30,166 bases of DNA from a virus (Duplodnaviria > Caudoviricetes): the IMG/VR virus record IMGVR_UViG_3300047669_001117, positions 1 through 30,166 of that record, one strand, 5' to 3'. Within the stretch, counting starts at the first letter, position 1. Each line of letters starts with the position of its first letter. The notes below the pieces were generated by a model. That model was not told the DNA's origin. It saw only the letters and a program-made list of their open reading frames with translations, and did not search any database. Below, one piece after another: positions 26,827 to 30,166 of this stretch. Made by a program: the position numbers and the translations under genes.

Positions 26827-27458
26827 GAAAAACTTGGCACGTAACTGAACATCTTTGCAGTTTTTATTTTTCGTTGTGCTATTTTGTCATCTACTCTGCC
26901 ATTTTTCATTAAGTCTGTTTGAATTTCGTCAGTTACAGCATACCAATCTTTTGCATTTATAAGAGCAATCACTGGACTATTTTCTATAGTACTCGTGCCT
27001 TCATTATAGAAGTGATATAATAGTGCGTCATAATGTGGTTGTGATATTTTTACTTTGATAAACTTTTCTAATATGTTACCGATGTTTCGTAATTGTTTTT
27101 CTAAAATAAATTCAGCCATTGGTTTCGTTATCTTTTTAGATTCGATATCTATTCGAGTGCCTGCAACAGTTATATATCCATAATTCGTTTCAGTATTAGA
27201 CACTTTATAATTGTAACCGACAATATTGTCTGTGACCGTAAGTGTTGGTTTATTGTCTAGTATTATAGCGTTTTTACTCATTGATGAAAACGTCAAGGTG
27301 GTCGTATCCTCTAAGTTCACTTTCACATGAGATAGTATGTAGGTTGGTTTGCCTTTTGTGTCATATCCCGTTCCTAAGTATGTACCAGTAGGGGTTATTA
27401 CGTGTAACGGCAACTGTATGTAATTTAATAATGAACCTTTTCGTTTATCGTATATCAT
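26823..27458 (-). CDS. GH24 (phage lysozyme)-like baseplate protein, catalytic residues apparently lost
   Basis: C-terminal half [10 protein letters not shown]...[17 protein letters not shown]...INAKDW...[11 protein letters not shown] matches the GH24 scaffold. The N-terminal EG...TIGYG catalytic signature is degenerate. Confidence 0.7.
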   Translation of the reverse strand: MIYDKRKGSLLNYIQLPLHVITPTGTYLGTGYDTKGKPTYILSHVKVNLEDTTTLTFSSMSKNAIILDNKPTLTVTDNIVGYNYKVSNTETNYGYITVAGTRIDIESKKITKPMAEFILEKQLRNIGNILEKFIKVKISQPHYDALLYHFYNEGTSTIENSPVIALINAKDWYAVTDEIQTDLMKNGRVDDKIAQRKIKTAKMFSYVPSFS

Positions 27459-28714
27459 TTTTTGATTTCCGCGTTTTTACAACCTTCATCACTAGCGGCG
27501 CCTATTGCATAAGCACTTGCTGTGTCTTTCAATTCTTTTGCTTGGGATCTAACATATGGTTCATGTGTTGGCATACAAGATACAATTGTCTCTTTAAGTT
27601 TAGTATTTTCAGAATTTTGCATATCTTCCATTTCACCAACTAGAATGAGTTCTGATTTTTGTGCAATTGGTCCATTCAAATGCAATATGCCACCAGTTGT
27701 TACTAAACAATTGACTCCGACATCAACGTTCATTCCTGCTTCACTTTGCAAGAACTGTGCTCCTTTGCTTCGTAGATGTAATTCTTCGGTAGCATTAATC
27801 TTGGTGGACTTAACACTACGCATATTAATATTTTCGCCTGCTTCTATGTTGATATTTTTATCAGCACGAAGATTGAAATTTTTTTCTGTTCTCATATTCA
27901 GTGAGCCTTCTGCGTAGACCATGACTTCGCCACTTGCTCCAATTTCTACCCATCCAGTGCCCGTGCTGTTTATTGCGTAAATGGTATCATTACCACCATC
28001 TAAAATAACGGCAGCGCCTGATTGTGTTGTTATTCTTATTTGTTCAGGATGAATCTCACCCGTGTCATCGATACTACCGTCATCAATTGTGATTGCAGAG
28101 CCACCAGGTGTTTTAAATCCAGTAACTTTAGGTAACTGAGGTGTTTCATAGTTTGCATCTCTATGAGGAGAAGCAGTAGATGAGCCTCTTACATAATCAC
28201 TGTATGTTCCTTGTGCGGCTATAACCTCATTTCTGGCGCTATTCTCTATTTCTTCATCTGCTAGAGTTACTCCATCAAGTGTTTTTGCGGTTTCTTTGGC
28301 CGCACCGATATTCTTAAACAGACCTTCACCTTGACCCTTTCCATCTATATGTGGCTTGCCTCTTGCACCACCACTAACGATATCAAATACTTCTTGTGCA
28401 ACTGCGAACCAATATCCTTCAGACACAGAACCACCCTCACTAAAGAACACAAGAATAGTAGTTCCATGGTCAACAGGCGCACCAAATGAACCAGTATTAC
28501 TGGCATGTTGAAAAAACATAGGCTCAGAGGGATTACCACCCAGAGATGGAATATACGCGGCTAGTCTGCCTCGTCCAGTCGGGTCAATATAAACTTCTTT
28601 TGTTGTCGGATTAGTAATAACAACTACAGCCTTATAGATACCTCTGCCCAATGCCTTGACAATGGGAGATTCTTGATGTTTCTTCTGTTCTTCGATAATG
28701 TCTGAGAATGCCAT
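27455..28714 (-). CDS. Baseplate hub/central spike protein, gp5/VgrG-like (OB fold + beta-helix)
   Basis: GIYKAVV...DPTGRGRL...GTTILVFF.EG (OB fold); KTPGG..I.IDDG; 8-residue beta-helix repeats NLRADKNINIEAGENINMRS; RBS GAGGA. Confidence 0.85.
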   Translation of the reverse strand: MAFSDIIEEQKKHQESPIVKALGRGIYKAVVVITNPTTKEVYIDPTGRGRLAAYIPSLGGNPSEPMFFQHASNTGSFGAPVDHGTTILVFFSEGGSVSEGYWFAVAQEVFDIVSGGARGKPHIDGKGQGEGLFKNIGAAKETAKTLDGVTLADEEIENSARNEVIAAQGTYSDYVRGSSTASPHRDANYETPQLPKVTGFKTPGGSAITIDDGSIDDTGEIHPEQIRITTQSGAAVILDGGNDTIYAINSTGTGWVEIGASGEVMVYAEGSLNMRTEKNFNLRADKNINIEAGENINMRSVKSTKINATEELHLRSKGAQFLQSEAGMNVDVGVNCLVTTGGILHLNGPIAQKSELILVGEMEDMQNSENTKLKETIVSCMPTHEPYVRSQAKELKDTASAYAIGAASDEGCKNAEIKK

Positions 28715-28729
28715 TATTTATTCCTCGTG

Positions 28730-30166
28730 TTATGGGTTAGGGTCTACTATGAATTTATTTGGATTTATATCTATTATTAATCCACCATTTGCATCCCTGG
28801 TTAATATATTTCCTTTTGAGTAGATATTATTTGTTGTAGAAATATTAGGAAATAAATCAGAGATACCATTTTTTATGGCATCATAATCGCTATGATACAT
28901 TGGGTACATATCTGTCTTTGTAGTTGTGTGTAGACTAAAAAGTGCAACAGGATCAATAGTCTGAGAGTCACCATTCGCATCTGTATATGTAATTGCGCCT
29001 ACTTTAGAAAAGTCTTTAACCTTGATTTTAATTCCTGCATCATCTGTTACTACTTTCATCTGTGCGTTATCAGTATTTGTTATTAACTTATATATCTTTT
29101 GAGCCTCTGCGTGTTGACTTAACATGGACATATCTCCTCCGACTGCATCTAGTTTATCTCTCATACTTCCTGGTAAAAGAATATCATATGTATTAGTGGG
29201 AAGACCGGTCGTTTTAAATACAACTGGCTGTTGGGCTACAGTAACTTGTTCTACTGGAATATCTATTGGAACAAAAGTAGTTGTGCCGCCCGTTTCTATA
29301 GTTGCAACTTGCCCTATTGTCTCGTCTGGTTGAGCAAGGTGTTTTATAGTAAGGTCTGTTTCAAGATCTTCTAACTCCACTATCATAGCGAGTTCTTCTT
29401 GAGGATCAAAATAGTACGTCTTAGCAGATAACGAATCATGTTTCACACTTGCTATTGCTATTTCTGCCTGTATCATGCCTATGTTGGCAGCGTTTGTCAA
29501 ATCAGCACGGTGTCCAGTCTGTGCAGTAGTGACTATCTTCTTAACGCCATCTTCATATTTCTTAACAGTTTTGTAATCCTCTTCTGGTAATGCATTTAAT
29601 GCCGCTTCATTAGAGAGTTTTTTGATTATTGCATCTACTGTATCAAGTCTATCGATATCGGAGATAATCAGACCGTCATTCTTTATTTCGGCATCTAAGA
29701 TACTTACTGTTGAGTGAATCAATGCTTCTTTTGCCGCAACTTCATCTGAAGTTAACATATTGTTATCCAGAATACTATTGATGGCCTCTGATAATACAAC
29801 TCGGTCAGATTGTTCATTTTGAGTAAACCCTGGTCCAGTAAAACTTACAATCTCAAGTGTTCGAGATGCTGTTTTACTCGCCGCAATCTTTGCCTCTTTT
29901 GCTAATGCCTCGACTTTTTTATCTATGTAATACTGCTCCTTTACTGCATCGTTCCATTCTTTACCAAGCAATATAATCTTTCTACTGCGACATTGTCCAA
30001 CACAAGTAGTATCATCTCTTATCGTCTCCCACTTTGCTTCGTATTCTACTTCAGTCATTGGTGGTGTTGGCGGAATATTTATTAGTGTTTCTGATGATGA
30101 TCCAACAATAATAGGCGTAGTTCCATCTAGTATCATATTGTCTACTACTGCGCCGAGCGAGCCGGG
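28730..30166 (-). CDS. Hypothetical baseplate-region protein, probably 5'-truncated by window edge
   Basis: The frame stays open upstream of ATG 30136 to the edge (PGSLGAVVDN-M) and there is no RBS, so the real start probably lies outside the window. Confidence 0.7.
   Translation of the reverse strand, partial: PGSLGAVVDNMILDGTTPIIVGSSSETLINIPPTPPMTEVEYEAKWETIRDDTTCVGQCRSRKIILLGKEWNDAVKEQYYIDKKVEALAKEAKIAASKTASRTLEIVSFTGPGFTQNEQSDRVVLSEAINSILDNNMLTSDEVAAKEALIHSTVSILDAEIKNDGLIISDIDRLDTVDAIIKKLSNEAALNALPEEDYKTVKKYEDGVKKIVTTAQTGHRADLTNAANIGMIQAEIAIASVKHDSLSAKTYYFDPQEELAMIVELEDLETDLTIKHLAQPDETIGQVATIETGGTTTFVPIDIPVEQVTVAQQPVVFKTTGLPTNTYDILLPGSMRDKLDAVGGDMSMLSQHAEAQKIYKLITNTDNAQMKVVTDDAGIKIKVKDFSKVGAITYTDANGDSQTIDPVALFSLHTTTKTDMYPMYHSDYDAIKNGISDLFPNISTTNNIYSKGNILTRDANGGLIIDINPNKFIVDPNP

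Noticed and set aside
6981-29333. Other short ORFs (60-131 aa) nested in or antisense to long genes
   Set aside because: They overlap well-supported CDSs, mostly use non-ATG starts and show no recognisable motifs.
1-30166. Stop-codon reassignment as in some jumbo phages
   Set aside because: Very long ORFs are intact in code 11. TAG (3290, 10027, 12698) and TGA (419, 7279, 27455) end genes at sensible boundaries.
1-30166. CRISPR arrays, tRNAs, rRNA, IS elements
   Set aside because: The largest gap is 138 nt and is filled by promoter motifs; no spaced direct repeats, cloverleaf or transposase seen.

Overview
AT-rich, gene-dense segment, almost all on the minus strand, from a large T4-like myophage genome (standard genetic code). 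The right two-thirds is a baseplate/tail module. In transcription order it holds a truncated hub-region gene, a gp5-like spike, an apparently catalytically dead GH24 lysozyme, an antisense clpP with sigma70 and T4-late promoter motifs, gp25, an enlarged gp6-like wedge (1424 aa), a 2921-aa wedge-like protein, a 221-aa fibre-attachment-like protein and two paralogous Ser/Thr-rich virion proteins. The left third is a tightly coupled operon with its own sigma70-like promoter. It encodes two small hypothetical proteins, three GT-A glycosyltransferases, four radical SAM enzymes with an N-terminal Twitch-like Fe-S domain, and an ORF missing from the track that runs off the left edge. Two candidates for novel biology stand out. 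(1) The glycosyltransferase/radical-SAM operon may be a phage glycan-building and tailoring pathway, perhaps decorating the virion. (2) A five-fold nested ('Russian doll') flagellin-IN-like domain array lies inside the giant baseplate protein. All family assignments are by eye from motifs; no searches were run.
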